A stretch of 58,983 nucleotides of DNA from an uncultured Flavobacteriales bacterium (GCA_963978445.1 CAXBRT010000001.1:1-58983); one strand, 5' to 3'. Shown: positions 40,684 to 51,429, numbered from the stretch's first letter. Translations and numbers: made by a program. Notes: a model not told the origin generated them from the letters alone.

Positions 40684-42207
40684 ATGTCCGTTTTTACTCC
40701 TGTTCAGTCTGCGCTAATTTCCGTCTACCATAAAGAAGGTCTTGCCCCTATTTTGCATGCTTTGCACGCAGCAGGCGTCAAGCTCTACTCCACGGGCGGC
40801 ACGCAGACTTTTATCGAATCAGAGGGCTTGCCTGTCACGGCCATTGAGCAGGTAACGGGTTTCCCGAGCATCTTAGACGGGCGAGTAAAAACCCTACATC
40901 CGAATGTGTTTGGGGGGATCCTTTGGCGTCGTGATAACGCCGAAGATGCGAAGACCGTTGAGGAACGCGCCATCCCGAGTTTTGACCTGGTAATCGTGGA
41001 CCTCTACCCGTTTGAGGATACGGTCGCATCAGGTGCTTCAGAGGCGGACATCATCGAAAAGATTGACATTGGCGGCATTTCATTGATTCGTGCGGGTGCC
41101 AAAAATTTCCATCATGTTTGGATGGTTTCCTCCCGAGCGGAATACCCTGAGGTATTGAGCATCCTGCAGTCGCAAGGCGCTCAGACAAGTCTGGAACAGC
41201 GAAAGGCATTTGCTGGCCGCAGCTTTAAGGTGAGTAATCACTACGACGGAGCCATTGGGGCTTGGTTTGCGGGAGAAACCAAACCATTCCCCGGTCTTCC
41301 AGGCGAGCGACGGGCGCTTCGCTATGGCGAGAATCCACACCAACCCGCGTGGTTCATTGGAGACTTGGATGAGCTCTTTATCCAACACAACGGCAAAGAG
41401 CTGAGCTACAACAACCTTTTGGACATCGATGCGGCTATGCTCTTTTGTGCTGAAGGGGGTGAAGACCCTACTGTCGCCATTATTAAACACAACAATGCCT
41501 GCGGCATGGCCTCTGCCGACACCTTGAGCAATGCTTGGGATCGGGCATTGGCCGCCGATCCGGTATCTGCCTTTGGTGGAGTAATTGCCTGCAACGAAAC
41601 GGTTGACGAAGAAACCGCCCTCAAAATGAACGACCTGTTCTTTGAAGTCGTTATTGCCCCCTGGTACAGTGTTGGTGCGTTGGAAATCTTAAAGAGCAAA
41701 AAGAACCGCATCATTCTGGAAAGCCAGCCCTGCGAATGGCCCCAGTACCTCGTGCGCTCAACCTTGAATGGCGCACTGTTGCAAGCCCGCGACAGCCACC
41801 GGGATAGTGAATCTGACTTGCAAGTGGCTACGAAGCGCGCTCCCTCAGAACAGGAGGTAGATGACTTGCTTTTCGCTTCGGCGGTATGCAAGCACACCAA
41901 GAGCAACACCATTGTTCTTGCGAAAGACCGTCAGCTTATCGCCAGCGGAACAGGTCAAACCTCCCGCGTCGACGCCCTCAGACAAGCCATTCAGAAGGCG
42001 GAATCTTTTGGGATTTCACTCGAAGGAGCCGTCATGGCGTCAGATGCATTTTTTCCTTTCCCCGATTGTGTGGAAATTGCATACCAAGCTGGCATTCGGG
42101 CCGTTATCCAACCAGGCGGCTCTATTAAGGATCAACTAAGCACCGATTTTTGCGATGCTCATGACCTAGCCATGGTCATGACGGGCATCCGTCACTTTAA
42201 ACACTAA
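40684..42207 (+). CDS. purH: Bifunctional AICAR formyltransferase / IMP cyclohydrolase
   Basis: ALISVYHKEGL...LYSTGGT, GRVKTLHP and YGENPHQ. Start trimmed to MSVFTP so it does not overlap the permease. Confidence 0.96.
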   Translation: MSVFTPVQSALISVYHKEGLAPILHALHAAGVKLYSTGGTQTFIESEGLPVTAIEQVTGFPSILDGRVKTLHPNVFGGILWRRDNAEDAKTVEERAIPSFDLVIVDLYPFEDTVASGASEADIIEKIDIGGISLIRAGAKNFHHVWMVSSRAEYPEVLSILQSQGAQTSLEQRKAFAGRSFKVSNHYDGAIGAWFAGETKPFPGLPGERRALRYGENPHQPAWFIGDLDELFIQHNGKELSYNNLLDIDAAMLFCAEGGEDPTVAIIKHNNACGMASADTLSNAWDRALAADPVSAFGGVIACNETVDEETALKMNDLFFEVVIAPWYSVGALEILKSKKNRIILESQPCEWPQYLVRSTLNGALLQARDSHRDSESDLQVATKRAPSEQEVDDLLFASAVCKHTKSNTIVLAKDRQLIASGTGQTSRVDALRQAIQKAESFGISLEGAVMASDAFFPFPDCVEIAYQAGIRAVIQPGGSIKDQLSTDFCDAHDLAMVMTGIRHFKH

Positions 42208-42216
42208 CCTGGCTCT

Positions 42217-43245
42217 ATGGGACTGTTTGATTTTTTAACTTACGATATTGCGATTGACCTCGGAACGGCCAATACGCTGATTATTCACAACGACAAGGTC
42301 GTGGTAGACGCCCCGTCTATTGTCGCCATGGACCGGACCACCAACGCCATTCTTGCCATTGGCCATGAGGCCATGCAGATGCATGGAAAGACGCATGAGA
42401 ACATTCGGACCGTTCGCCCCTTGAAAGATGGCGTCATCGCTGACTTTGTGGCATCAGAGCACATGATTCGGGAAATGATTAAGAGCATTCCCGTGCTGAA
42501 GAACAAGTGGTTGACGCCCTCCTTGCGAATGGTAATCTGCATCCCCTCAGGCATTACCGAGGTAGAGAAGCGCGCTGTACGAGACTCGGCCGAACACGCC
42601 AACGCTAAAGAGGTCTACCTCATCCACGAGCCCATGGCAGCTGCCATTGGTATCGGCGTCGACGTCCTGGAGCCCAAAGGCAACATGATCATCGATATCG
42701 GTGGTGGTACCACAGAAATTGCGGTTATGGCCTTGGGCGGTATTGTATGTGACAAGAGTGTAAAAGTGGCCGGTGACGTCTTCACCAATGACATCGCATA
42801 CTACATGCGTTCCCAGCACAACTTGTACGTCGGGGAGCGCACTGCAGAAATGATTAAGATCAACGTGGGTGCGGCGATAGAAAATTTGAGCTCTCCTCCC
42901 GATGACATGAGTGTTCAGGGACGCGACTTGATTACCGGCAAACCTAAGCAAGTGGATATCTCCTACAAAGAGATCGCTCGTGCTCTGGACAAATCCTTGA
43001 CGCGTATTGAAGATGCGGTCATGGAGGCTTTGTCGATGACCCCTCCCGAACTCTCTGCGGACATCTACAATTCAGGAATTTACATGGCCGGTGGCGGCTC
43101 CATGCTGCGCGGCTTGGATCAACGTATTTCTTCCAAAACTGACCTCCCCGTATATGTCGCGGAAGATCCTTTGCGTGCGGTGGTTCGCGGCACAGGCATT
43201 GCCCTCAAAAACCTGGAGAAATACCGCACCCTTTTGATGCGCTAA
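42217..43245 (+). CDS. mreB: Rod shape-determining protein MreB
   Basis: DIAIDLGTANTLI, DIGGGTTEIAV and GIYMAGGGSMLRGLD. Confidence 0.98.
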   Translation: MGLFDFLTYDIAIDLGTANTLIIHNDKVVVDAPSIVAMDRTTNAILAIGHEAMQMHGKTHENIRTVRPLKDGVIADFVASEHMIREMIKSIPVLKNKWLTPSLRMVICIPSGITEVEKRAVRDSAEHANAKEVYLIHEPMAAAIGIGVDVLEPKGNMIIDIGGGTTEIAVMALGGIVCDKSVKVAGDVFTNDIAYYMRSQHNLYVGERTAEMIKINVGAAIENLSSPPDDMSVQGRDLITGKPKQVDISYKEIARALDKSLTRIEDAVMEALSMTPPELSADIYNSGIYMAGGGSMLRGLDQRISSKTDLPVYVAEDPLRAVVRGTGIALKNLEKYRTLLMR

Positions 43246-43248
43246 GGC

Positions 43249-44046
43249 ATGCGGAACGTCCTGCGGTTCATCCTTCGCTACCGCATCCTCCTCACTTTGC
43301 TACTGATGCAGGTGAGCGGGCTCTACCTGACGTACCGCTCCTCACCCATGCATGAAAGTTTCTATTGGAGCCGTGTCCTAGGGGCGCAGGCCGAATGGAA
43401 CCGCACCCGCGACGGTTGGAAAGCCTATTTTGCCCTCGAACAGACCAACCAAGCCCTTCAAGCGGAGAATGCGATGCTCCGCGCGCAACTCAGCCAACCT
43501 GCTGCCCGACCCATCAACGCCGTCGACAGCAACCAATTTGTCTGGGTCTCTGGGCAGGTGATATACGGCACCTCGCATCTATTGAATAATGTTCTCATCC
43601 TAAACCGAGGTCGCGCAGAAGGCGTTGAGCCCGGACAAGGCGTCCTATCTCCGACTGGAGTGTTGGGGGTTGTCAGTCAGGTCAATGAGCATTTTGCCAA
43701 GGTGACCTCCCTGCTGCACGCGGAGTCCCGAATTTCAGGTACGGTAGCCCGAACTGGATACTTTGGCACGGTGGTCTGGTCGGGAGGTGCCCCCAATTTG
43801 GTCGATTATATTGACTTACCCATTGAAGCTCAAGTAGTGGTGGGCGATACCATTGTAACGGATGCACGTTCCGCTCTCTTCCCTTCCGGATGGCCCATTG
43901 GCCGAGTCGTTGGAGTGGAAACGGACTCCTCCCTTTTCACGCAAAGCGCTGTGCTCGAAGTTTGGGGCAGCATCAGCCGTCAGCAGCCCGCCTACATTGT
44001 GAAAAACGTGCTTGAAGAAGCACAAAATTCCCTCTTAGCACCATGA
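43249..44046 (+). CDS. mreC: Rod shape-determining protein MreC
   Basis: N-terminal TM segment, coiled coil (LEQTNQALQAENAMLRAQL) and a beta-rich domain. Lies between mreB and mreD. Confidence 0.88.
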   Translation: MRNVLRFILRYRILLTLLLMQVSGLYLTYRSSPMHESFYWSRVLGAQAEWNRTRDGWKAYFALEQTNQALQAENAMLRAQLSQPAARPINAVDSNQFVWVSGQVIYGTSHLLNNVLILNRGRAEGVEPGQGVLSPTGVLGVVSQVNEHFAKVTSLLHAESRISGTVARTGYFGTVVWSGGAPNLVDYIDLPIEAQVVVGDTIVTDARSALFPSGWPIGRVVGVETDSSLFTQSAVLEVWGSISRQQPAYIVKNVLEEAQNSLLAP

Positions 44047-44552
44047 AGCGCTGGACAACTTGGCTCCTGTGGTCATTAGGCATCCTGCTCTTTCAGAGCT
44101 TCGTGTTGAGCCAAGTTCAGCTCTATGGCTACTTGAATCCTTACCTCTATATCGCTTTAGTATTACTCGCTCCAGCCACTTGGAGCCGAATGCAACTCCT
44201 CTGGCTGGGTGCCGTTCTAGGTGGATGGATGGACTTCCAGATGCACAGTGGCGGCATGCACCTCATGGCGAGCACCCTCTTGGCCTATTTCCGTCCTGCC
44301 ATCCTCTCCTCTGTATTGCCTCGGGCTGCGGAAGAAGGCTTGGGCTTCACAATCCATGAAATGGGTGCGGGCAAATGGTTAGTTTACACGGCTGTAGCCG
44401 TGGCTACGCACCACGGATATCTCTTTGCCGTGGATGCCCATGGGCTCTACAATTTTTGGGGCTTTGTTTGGCGTACCATCGTTTCTGGAGCAGCGACCGT
44501 CCTCTTGCTCTATCTCCTGGGCTTATTGATTAAACCCGAAGAAGGGCGATGA
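44043..44552 (+). CDS. mreD: Rod shape-determining protein MreD
   Basis: 169-aa polytopic membrane protein with ATGA overlaps on both sides, in the expected position. Confidence 0.75.
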   Translation: MKRWTTWLLWSLGILLFQSFVLSQVQLYGYLNPYLYIALVLLAPATWSRMQLLWLGAVLGGWMDFQMHSGGMHLMASTLLAYFRPAILSSVLPRAAEEGLGFTIHEMGAGKWLVYTAVAVATHHGYLFAVDAHGLYNFWGFVWRTIVSGAATVLLLYLLGLLIKPEEGR

Positions 44553-46384
44553 AGCGGACCAACCTGTACTTCTTCTTACTCATTGGGGCGACGCTCATTT
44601 TTGTCGCGCGTTTGTTTTACATCCAAATCATCGACGAGCGCTACACCCTAAGTGCCGCAAACAATGCCCAGCGCATTGAAAAGATTTTTGCCCCGCGCGG
44701 GGTGATGTTGGATCGAAATGGCGAAGTCATGGCCTCCAACCAAATGGCCTATGATGTCGAAGCCACCCCTCGATTGATGCACGACATCGATACTGCTCGG
44801 CTAGCCCGTCTCCTCGGAGAAGACCTCGATCGCTTGCGCCGAAGCCTTCATCGTGCGAAGGTGTATTCCCCATTTCGCCCCAGCCCGATTCTCCGGGGAT
44901 TAACCGCCAACGATTATGCCCGCATTCAAGAAGAAGTCTCATTTTACCCTGGCATTGCCCTTCGGCGCCGCATCCTTCGGAAATATTTAAAGCCCACGGG
45001 TGGCAACGTGTTAGGCTATGTCTCAGAGGTGAATGACTACATCTTGAGCCGTAAGCCCGAATACGAATTAGGCGATTACATCGGCATCTCCGGGGTGGAA
45101 GCCAGTTATGAAGAGGCACTACGCGGTAGAGCAGGCCGACGCTATATCACCGTTGACAATCTCAACCGAGATGTGGGGCCCTTCCAAGGGGGTAAGTACG
45201 ACGAGAAGCCTGTACCTGGATCAAATTTGACCCTAACCTTGGACGCTACGCTTCAGGCCTACGGAGAGCTACTCATGTCCGGGAAACGCGGCTCCATCGT
45301 GGCGATAGAGCCTTCTACCGGCGAGATATTGGCTTTGGTCTCCTCCCCAAGCTATGATCCCAACGCACTGGTGGGACGGTATCGCTCGCGCAATTATTCC
45401 CTCCTGTACCGCGATTCCATCAACAAGCCTCTGTACGACCGGGGCATTCTGGCTGAATACCCACCCGGTTCGCCTTTTAAAGTACTTAACGCGCTGATTG
45501 CCCTGCAAGAAGGGGTCGTCTCCCCCGAAACCCAGTATACGTGCATCGATGGCTACCATTTTGGTCGTCTACACGTGGGCTGCCACTGCAAAGCAGGGAC
45601 CTTGAATTTACGCGGTAGTATTTCAAAATCCTGCAACAACTACCACTGTCAAATTTTGAAGCGAACTTTAGACAAGTACCCCACGGCCTCGCAGGGTATT
45701 GACGCTTGGAACAAGCACGTGACCAGCTTTGGTCTAGGCGCATTCCTGGGGGTAGACCTCCCGACGGGACGAAAAGGCTTTGTCCCCGACGGCAGTTACT
45801 ACAACCGGGTGTACCGCAGCGACCGGTGGAAATCGCCCACGGTCATTTCGCTCGCCATTGGCCAAGGAGAATTGGTGGTCACCCCCATACAGTTAGCCAA
45901 TTTGGCAGCGGCCGTGGCTAACCACGGCTATTGGTATACCCCGCACGTGGTGCGCCAAGTGGGCATGGACCCCGTCGACCCCGAAATCTACGGTTTCAAA
46001 CATATCACGACCATTGATTCCGAAAATTTTGACGTCATCATCCAGGGCATGGCCGATGTCTTTGAATCGGGTACCGCCCGTGCATCCCGACTCGAGGGTC
46101 TACCTATGGCAGGAAAAACGGGAACGGCCGAAAACCCTCACGGCCAGGACCACTCCATCTTTATGGCCTTCGCCCCTGTCGAAAACCCCAAAATTGCCCT
46201 TGCCATCATCGTCGAAAATGGTTACTGGGGTTCGCGTTGGGCAGCCCCTATCGCCAGCCTGATGATGGAGAAGTACATCCACGGCGAAATCAGCCGTCCC
46301 GCCATGGAGCAAAACATGGTCGAAGGCAATCTCCACGGTGAATACCGCGTCCACAGTGTAAAAACCGAACTCCCCCCCTTTTGA
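44549..46384 (+). CDS. mrdA: Penicillin-binding protein 2 (elongasome transpeptidase)
   Basis: SPFK (SxxK), SKSCN (SxN) and KTGTAE motifs. N-terminal TM anchor. Confidence 0.93.
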   Translation: MKRTNLYFFLLIGATLIFVARLFYIQIIDERYTLSAANNAQRIEKIFAPRGVMLDRNGEVMASNQMAYDVEATPRLMHDIDTARLARLLGEDLDRLRRSLHRAKVYSPFRPSPILRGLTANDYARIQEEVSFYPGIALRRRILRKYLKPTGGNVLGYVSEVNDYILSRKPEYELGDYIGISGVEASYEEALRGRAGRRYITVDNLNRDVGPFQGGKYDEKPVPGSNLTLTLDATLQAYGELLMSGKRGSIVAIEPSTGEILALVSSPSYDPNALVGRYRSRNYSLLYRDSINKPLYDRGILAEYPPGSPFKVLNALIALQEGVVSPETQYTCIDGYHFGRLHVGCHCKAGTLNLRGSISKSCNNYHCQILKRTLDKYPTASQGIDAWNKHVTSFGLGAFLGVDLPTGRKGFVPDGSYYNRVYRSDRWKSPTVISLAIGQGELVVTPIQLANLAAAVANHGYWYTPHVVRQVGMDPVDPEIYGFKHITTIDSENFDVIIQGMADVFESGTARASRLEGLPMAGKTGTAENPHGQDHSIFMAFAPVENPKIALAIIVENGYWGSRWAAPIASLMMEKYIHGEISRPAMEQNMVEGNLHGEYRVHSVKTELPPF

Positions 46385-46385
46385 T

Positions 46386-47663
46386 ATGCGAACGCAGAGC
46401 GGATGGTTTGGCAAACTCGACGGGCTCACGGTAGGGCTCTTTACCTTTCTGGTGGTATTTGGCTGGATGAATATTTATGCCACCGTCAATCCCGAATTGA
46501 ATTCCTTTGGCTGGGACTGGAACAACGAAGCGGGCCGCCAACTGCTATTCATGGGCTTGAGCGGATTGCTCATTTTCATTGTACTCCTCAGCGATGGCCG
46601 TCTGTACGAGGTGCTTACGGTTCCCATTTACATCGTCACCCTCCTTTTGCTCCTAGCCGTTCTCGCGGTGGGCAAGGAAGTAGGGGGCAACAAGAGCTGG
46701 TTGGCCATTGGCAGTTTTGGCTTGCAGCCCTCCGAATTTGCCAAACTCGGTACCGCCCTGATGACCGCTCGCCTCCTATCTCAACGCGGGGTGAGCTTGA
46801 AAAACTGGAGTTCGCGATGGATTCCCGCGGCAGCAGCCTTCTTGCCCATGGGCCTCATTCTGCTGCAACCTGACACCGGTTCCGCGCTCGTTTTCTTGGG
46901 TTTCATGCTCGTTTTTTACCGCGAAGGACTGCCCGGATACTTCATCTTTCTGGGCTTGGGAGCCATCGTCGTGGGGGTTCTAGCCCTAGCCTTTTCAAGC
47001 CAATTGGTTTTGAGCCTCATCGGGGTAGCTATGGGCATTGCCCTCCTACTGGACCGACTTACTAGGCGTCTAAAGTTTTCTGTCATTGTGCGCCACCCTG
47101 CTATTTGGTACGGGGTGCTTGCCATGATTTGGGCGCTGGGGGTGAACCAAATCTTTAATTCTGTCCTCCAACCCCACCAAAAATTGCGCGTTCAGCTCCT
47201 GCTCGGCCAGGTGGATCAACCAAGTGCAGCTGGATATCAAACGGCCCAATCGCTCATCGCCATTGGTTCAGGGGGCTTTATCGGCAAGGGGTATACCAAT
47301 GGCACCCAGACCAAACTCAACTTTGTTCCCGCCCAAACGACCGACTACATCTTCTGTACGGTGGGCGAAGAATGGGGATTCCTCGGGTCTATCGCTGTGC
47401 TTTTGGCATTTGCTGGCCTGATCGCACGCATCCTTTACCTGGCCGAACGCCAAAAAGAGGCCTTTTCTCGCATTTACGGCTTTGGAATCGCCTCCATTCT
47501 TCTCATTCACTTCTTGGTGAATATTGGCATGACCTTGGGGCTTGTGCCCGTTATTGGTATTCCTCTCCCCTTCTTTAGCTATGGGGGATCCTCCCTCTGG
47601 GCCTTCACGCTGATGCTCTTCCTCTTCTTGCGCATGGATGCCTTCCGTTGGCAAACCTTGTAA
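46386..47663 (+). CDS. rodA: Rod shape-determining SEDS protein RodA
   Basis: FtsW/RodA/SpoVE family (QPSEFAKL, TDYIF..VGEEWGF, PLPFFSYGGSS). Confidence 0.93.
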   Translation: MRTQSGWFGKLDGLTVGLFTFLVVFGWMNIYATVNPELNSFGWDWNNEAGRQLLFMGLSGLLIFIVLLSDGRLYEVLTVPIYIVTLLLLLAVLAVGKEVGGNKSWLAIGSFGLQPSEFAKLGTALMTARLLSQRGVSLKNWSSRWIPAAAAFLPMGLILLQPDTGSALVFLGFMLVFYREGLPGYFIFLGLGAIVVGVLALAFSSQLVLSLIGVAMGIALLLDRLTRRLKFSVIVRHPAIWYGVLAMIWALGVNQIFNSVLQPHQKLRVQLLLGQVDQPSAAGYQTAQSLIAIGSGGFIGKGYTNGTQTKLNFVPAQTTDYIFCTVGEEWGFLGSIAVLLAFAGLIARILYLAERQKEAFSRIYGFGIASILLIHFLVNIGMTLGLVPVIGIPLPFFSYGGSSLWAFTLMLFLFLRMDAFRWQTL

Positions 47664-47732
47664 GTGCAAGGGTTAAAGCGTTACAGGACTGTCCCGAAAG
47701 ACTGAACTCGAGGAGAACGTAGTGTCCAAATG

Positions 47733-47764
47733 AAAAAGGGGCGCCCTGCGGGCGCCCCTTTTCC
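47733..47764. terminator. Bidirectional rho-independent terminator (rodA and the PpiD-like gene converge)
   Basis: AAAAA-GGGGCGCCC-tgc-GGGCGCCCC-TTTT. Confidence 0.85.
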
Positions 47765-47799
47765 TATTATCATCACGGAAATCCGCGTAAACCTTTGGC

Positions 47800-49881
47800 T
47801 TAGTAGAACTTACCGCGGTAGTCCTCTATGTCCGCACCTTCAATCAAAGCTTGGAACAGGGCCGATTGCACGCGGCTGCGGAGCTGGTTGTTCTGCTGAG
47901 CAACATCCCCTGCGGTTGCGGCTACTCCGGGGTTCTCGATAACGTTCAAGACCTTGTACTGGTAGACGCCGTTCAATCCTTCAAGGACATCGGATTGGAA
48001 GCCCACTTTAGAACCAACAGCAGCACCAACGATGGCCGCTTCACGGCCTGCACCTGGAAGGAACAAGCTAGACAGACTCACCGTAGCTTTTTGGAAGGCA
48101 GGAGATTTGGCAGACCATTGACCCTTGAGGTAGGCTACCTTGGCATGATTGGTGGCAAGCATTTGCAATTCATCGCGTACTTCGTCCACGGTCTTATAGC
48201 CAGGCTCATATACGGCGGTCAACTGAGCCACCACATAGTTTTGATAGTTGTTGTTGATCACACCTACCTCATTTACTTCACGCTCTTCATTGAAGGCCCA
48301 ACGAACTACTTCACGGCTCTCACCCAAACCTACAATCTGCTGATCAACGGCAGAAGTATTTTTGTTGGGCAAAAGGGCTACGCCAAAGCGGTTGGCCACC
48401 GTTTGAGCATCCTCACCTGCCTGAAGGGCTTTAGCAAACTCTGCTGCTTGGGTATAGATGCCTTGCTCGGTCTCCTTGGAAACGTTTACGCGGCGGAAAA
48501 CTTGTGCGAGCTGTACGGAGGGCACGGCACCTTTTTGGCCCGTGACATTGATGATGTGGAAGCCAAAGTTGGTAAACACAAGACCCGTAGTGCCCGTGCT
48601 GTTGCGGAAACAGTAATCTTCAAATGGCTTAGCCATCATGTTGGGCTTGAACCAACCTAAGTCGCCACCCTTTGAACCCGCTACCACATCATCATTGAAG
48701 GTGGTTGCCACGTCATTGAAGTTCAGGCTACCCGACTTGATGCCTGCGAGCAAAGAGTCAGCTATCGTCTTAGCGGTCTGGAAATCACGTGTAGCCTGTG
48801 AACGCTCGGCGCCGGCAAAGGCAACCAAGATGTGACGCGCGGATACAGAGTCCGGCATGTTGCGGCGGCTCATCACCTTAACAATTTGGTAGCCAGGACC
48901 AATAGCTATTGGATCGCTTACGAATCCTGCACCTAGACCTTCAATTGCGGTGGAGAGGGACTCGTCGAGTAACTCCAAACTGTAATAATTGTCTTGGAAG
49001 GGAACGTCGCTGTTCGCCATCACATAGGCGGAGTCATCCGTTGAAGCGGCGAGTTCGGCTTTCATTTCACCCAATTCAGCCAAAACTGCATTGCGATCCG
49101 CATCAGAAGGCTCAATTGGGAAGTTGGCAAAGTAGATATCGCGCAATTCGTTGACCACCTTGAAGTTTTCCTTGTTCTCGGCGTAGACGGCTTTGAAATC
49201 TGCTTCTGTGACTTCAACCAAGGAATCCGCCGTTGCTTGGACCAGCAAACCGGCCCATTCGATTTCTGCTTGGCGCGTTTTGCGGGCCAAGTTGTGCTGG
49301 TAGATGCTCACAGGGGTGCGCAAACCTTGCTTCACGGCCATGTAGAATTTGTTGGAAAGAGCCTCGTTGCGGACATCGCTTTCAAAATTCACCCAGTTCA
49401 ACCACTGGTCGGTTGCTTCTTGGCTCGCGTCTTTGTTGTCGCGAAGATTTGCCAAGGCAGACTTCAAAAGCTCGGGGTTGAACGCGCCCGTGTTGGGATC
49501 GCGGAAACCTTCCATGGATTGGATGCTGGGGTTGCTAACAATGGCATCCCACAACTCATCGGTCGTCACGGTAAAGCCCAATTCCTCTTGCAGATCACCG
49601 ATCAAGCGGTTCTGCAATTGTTGGTTCCACACCATCTGTGAAAGCTGCATGGTGCCCATGTTGGCCATGTTGGGGTTATTGATGCGGAGGTCTTCCATCT
49701 CGCGATTGAAGTCCATCGCGGAGATCTTTTCACCGTTGATAAAACCCACGGCGTCTTGGTCCCCATTAAACAGAACACTGCCAGACGAAAAGAATTCACC
49801 TAGGATAAAAGCGCCGAGTGCAAAACCGATAGCGATGATTACAAGGCCAGAGCGGCGGCGGAGTTTGTCAAACATTCCCAT
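47800..49881 (-). CDS. PpiD-like periplasmic chaperone / peptidyl-prolyl isomerase (SurA-N plus parvulin domains)
   Basis: 693 aa. N-terminal anchor (FDKLRRRSGLVIIAIGF) and parvulin motif (ARHILV...GGDLGWF......FGFHII). Confidence 0.85.
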   Translation of the reverse strand: MGMFDKLRRRSGLVIIAIGFALGAFILGEFFSSGSVLFNGDQDAVGFINGEKISAMDFNREMEDLRINNPNMANMGTMQLSQMVWNQQLQNRLIGDLQEELGFTVTTDELWDAIVSNPSIQSMEGFRDPNTGAFNPELLKSALANLRDNKDASQEATDQWLNWVNFESDVRNEALSNKFYMAVKQGLRTPVSIYQHNLARKTRQAEIEWAGLLVQATADSLVEVTEADFKAVYAENKENFKVVNELRDIYFANFPIEPSDADRNAVLAELGEMKAELAASTDDSAYVMANSDVPFQDNYYSLELLDESLSTAIEGLGAGFVSDPIAIGPGYQIVKVMSRRNMPDSVSARHILVAFAGAERSQATRDFQTAKTIADSLLAGIKSGSLNFNDVATTFNDDVVAGSKGGDLGWFKPNMMAKPFEDYCFRNSTGTTGLVFTNFGFHIINVTGQKGAVPSVQLAQVFRRVNVSKETEQGIYTQAAEFAKALQAGEDAQTVANRFGVALLPNKNTSAVDQQIVGLGESREVVRWAFNEEREVNEVGVINNNYQNYVVAQLTAVYEPGYKTVDEVRDELQMLATNHAKVAYLKGQWSAKSPAFQKATVSLSSLFLPGAGREAAIVGAAVGSKVGFQSDVLEGLNGVYQYKVLNVIENPGVAATAGDVAQQNNQLRSRVQSALFQALIEGADIEDYRGKFY

Positions 49882-49948
49882 AATGCGTAGAAAATAAGGG
49901 TGCGAATATACAAATCAGAATGCCCGCATGCACGAAGAAATGCAGGGT

Positions 49949-51199
49949 TTAGTCCTGATCTTTGGACACGATGACGCAAGCAATGCGCTGGGCGTCCATG
50001 GTTTGGATCGTAAAGACCCAATTTTCGAGCTGAAGGGTCTCGCCTTCGACCGGCAAATGCCCCAAATGATCGGCAATCATACCCCCCAAGGTGCTGTACG
50101 CTTCATCTTCGGGCCAATCGAACCCATAGGTCTCATTGAGGTAGTCCACTTCCAGGGAGGCGTCCAGTTTCCACGTGCCATCCGGCAGCGCTTCTTCCGT
50201 TCGGACATCGGTGTCGTGCTCATCGTCAATCTCTCCGAAAAGTTCCTCTACAACGTCTTCCAAGGTGACAATTCCGGTCAGCGAACCTAAGTCATCCACC
50301 ACGGAGGCCATGGAGCGCTTGTCCCGAATCAGCATTTTGAAGACCTCCTGGGCGCTCATGGTTTCAGGCACAAAGGATAAAGGGGTCAAGATGGAGGCCA
50401 GGCGCTTGGGACGGCGGAAGAGACCAAAAGCATGCACATAGGCGAAGGCATCGTCCACGGTGTCACGGTAAACGACCAGTTTGGAGAAGCCGGTCTCCGT
50501 GAACTTTTCTCGAAGATCTTCCATAGAAATGCTAGCCGGGACGGCGCAAATCTCCGTCCGGGGCACCATGCAAGAGCGAACCTTCACATCGCCAAAATCC
50601 AATGCATTGCGGAAGAGTTCAATCTCCGGCTCTACTTCTTCGGCAGTGCTTCCCTCTTCGAGGTAGTGGTCCAGGTCCGCGCGGCCAAAGACTACAGGTT
50701 CGGCGCTGGCTTTGACGTCGCGGCCCATTCGGCGCAAAAAGGCCTTGCTCAAACGCGTCAGCACTTCCACCAAGGGCCATAACAGCCAATAGACGAGCGT
50801 CAATGGCAACGTAAACCAGCGAAGAGAATCATTGGCTCGGTTGCGGAAAAAGGCCTTGGGTAGGTATTCGGCCATGAAGAGAACGACCAGGGTGGAGGCT
50901 AAGGTTTGGAGCGCTACCGCCAGACCAGGCCCTAAGTTCCATTGTCCAATGAATACTGGGTCCAGCAAGGCGGAAGTTTGAAGACCTACCACCACAAGGG
51001 CTATGGTGTTGCCCATCAGCATAGCGCCAATGAAATGCGAAGGATGGTTGATCAGATAGGCTAAACGTGCACCCGACCAGGTGGCTCGCTTCGTTTCAAT
51101 TTCAATCTGAAGGCGGCTGGCACTTAGATAGGCGATTTCCATGCCTGAAAAAAAGGCAGACAATAAAAGTGCCGCGAGGAGGATGAGCGCTTCGTTCAT
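49949..51199 (-). CDS. CNNM/CorC (hemolysin-family) transporter: DUF21, CBS pair and CorC_HlyC domains
   Basis: Start at MNEALILLAALLLSAFFSGMEIAY. CBS region and C-terminal transporter-associated domain. I cannot tell whether this is the GldE orthologue. Confidence 0.85.
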   Translation of the reverse strand: MNEALILLAALLLSAFFSGMEIAYLSASRLQIEIETKRATWSGARLAYLINHPSHFIGAMLMGNTIALVVVGLQTSALLDPVFIGQWNLGPGLAVALQTLASTLVVLFMAEYLPKAFFRNRANDSLRWFTLPLTLVYWLLWPLVEVLTRLSKAFLRRMGRDVKASAEPVVFGRADLDHYLEEGSTAEEVEPEIELFRNALDFGDVKVRSCMVPRTEICAVPASISMEDLREKFTETGFSKLVVYRDTVDDAFAYVHAFGLFRRPKRLASILTPLSFVPETMSAQEVFKMLIRDKRSMASVVDDLGSLTGIVTLEDVVEELFGEIDDEHDTDVRTEEALPDGTWKLDASLEVDYLNETYGFDWPEDEAYSTLGGMIADHLGHLPVEGETLQLENWVFTIQTMDAQRIACVIVSKDQD

Positions 51200-51429
51200 G
51201 ATGGATTGGAAGCGTCGTCGCTGGATTCCCAACGCGCTTCCATGGTCTTGCGCTGCTTTCGACGCAGACCAAACATGAAGAAGCCCAAAAAGGCAAAAAG
51301 CACGAACATGTAGGCCCGATTGCGGTCCACGTTCCAATTGCTGTAAATGGTCTCCAAAGACAGTAGTCCAATCACGAGCCAGACCCATTCAACGGTCTTC
51401 AAACTGCGGCGAGCAATGGTGGGTTTCAT
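51196..51429 (-). CDS. Small hypothetical membrane protein (77 aa, two predicted TM segments)
   Basis: It fills the gap between lptC and the CorC gene exactly. ATGA overlap with the downstream start, and 6 nt after the lptC stop. No family recognised. Confidence 0.45.
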   Translation of the reverse strand: MKPTIARRSLKTVEWVWLVIGLLSLETIYSNWNVDRNRAYMFVLFAFLGFFMFGLRRKQRKTMEARWESSDDASNPS

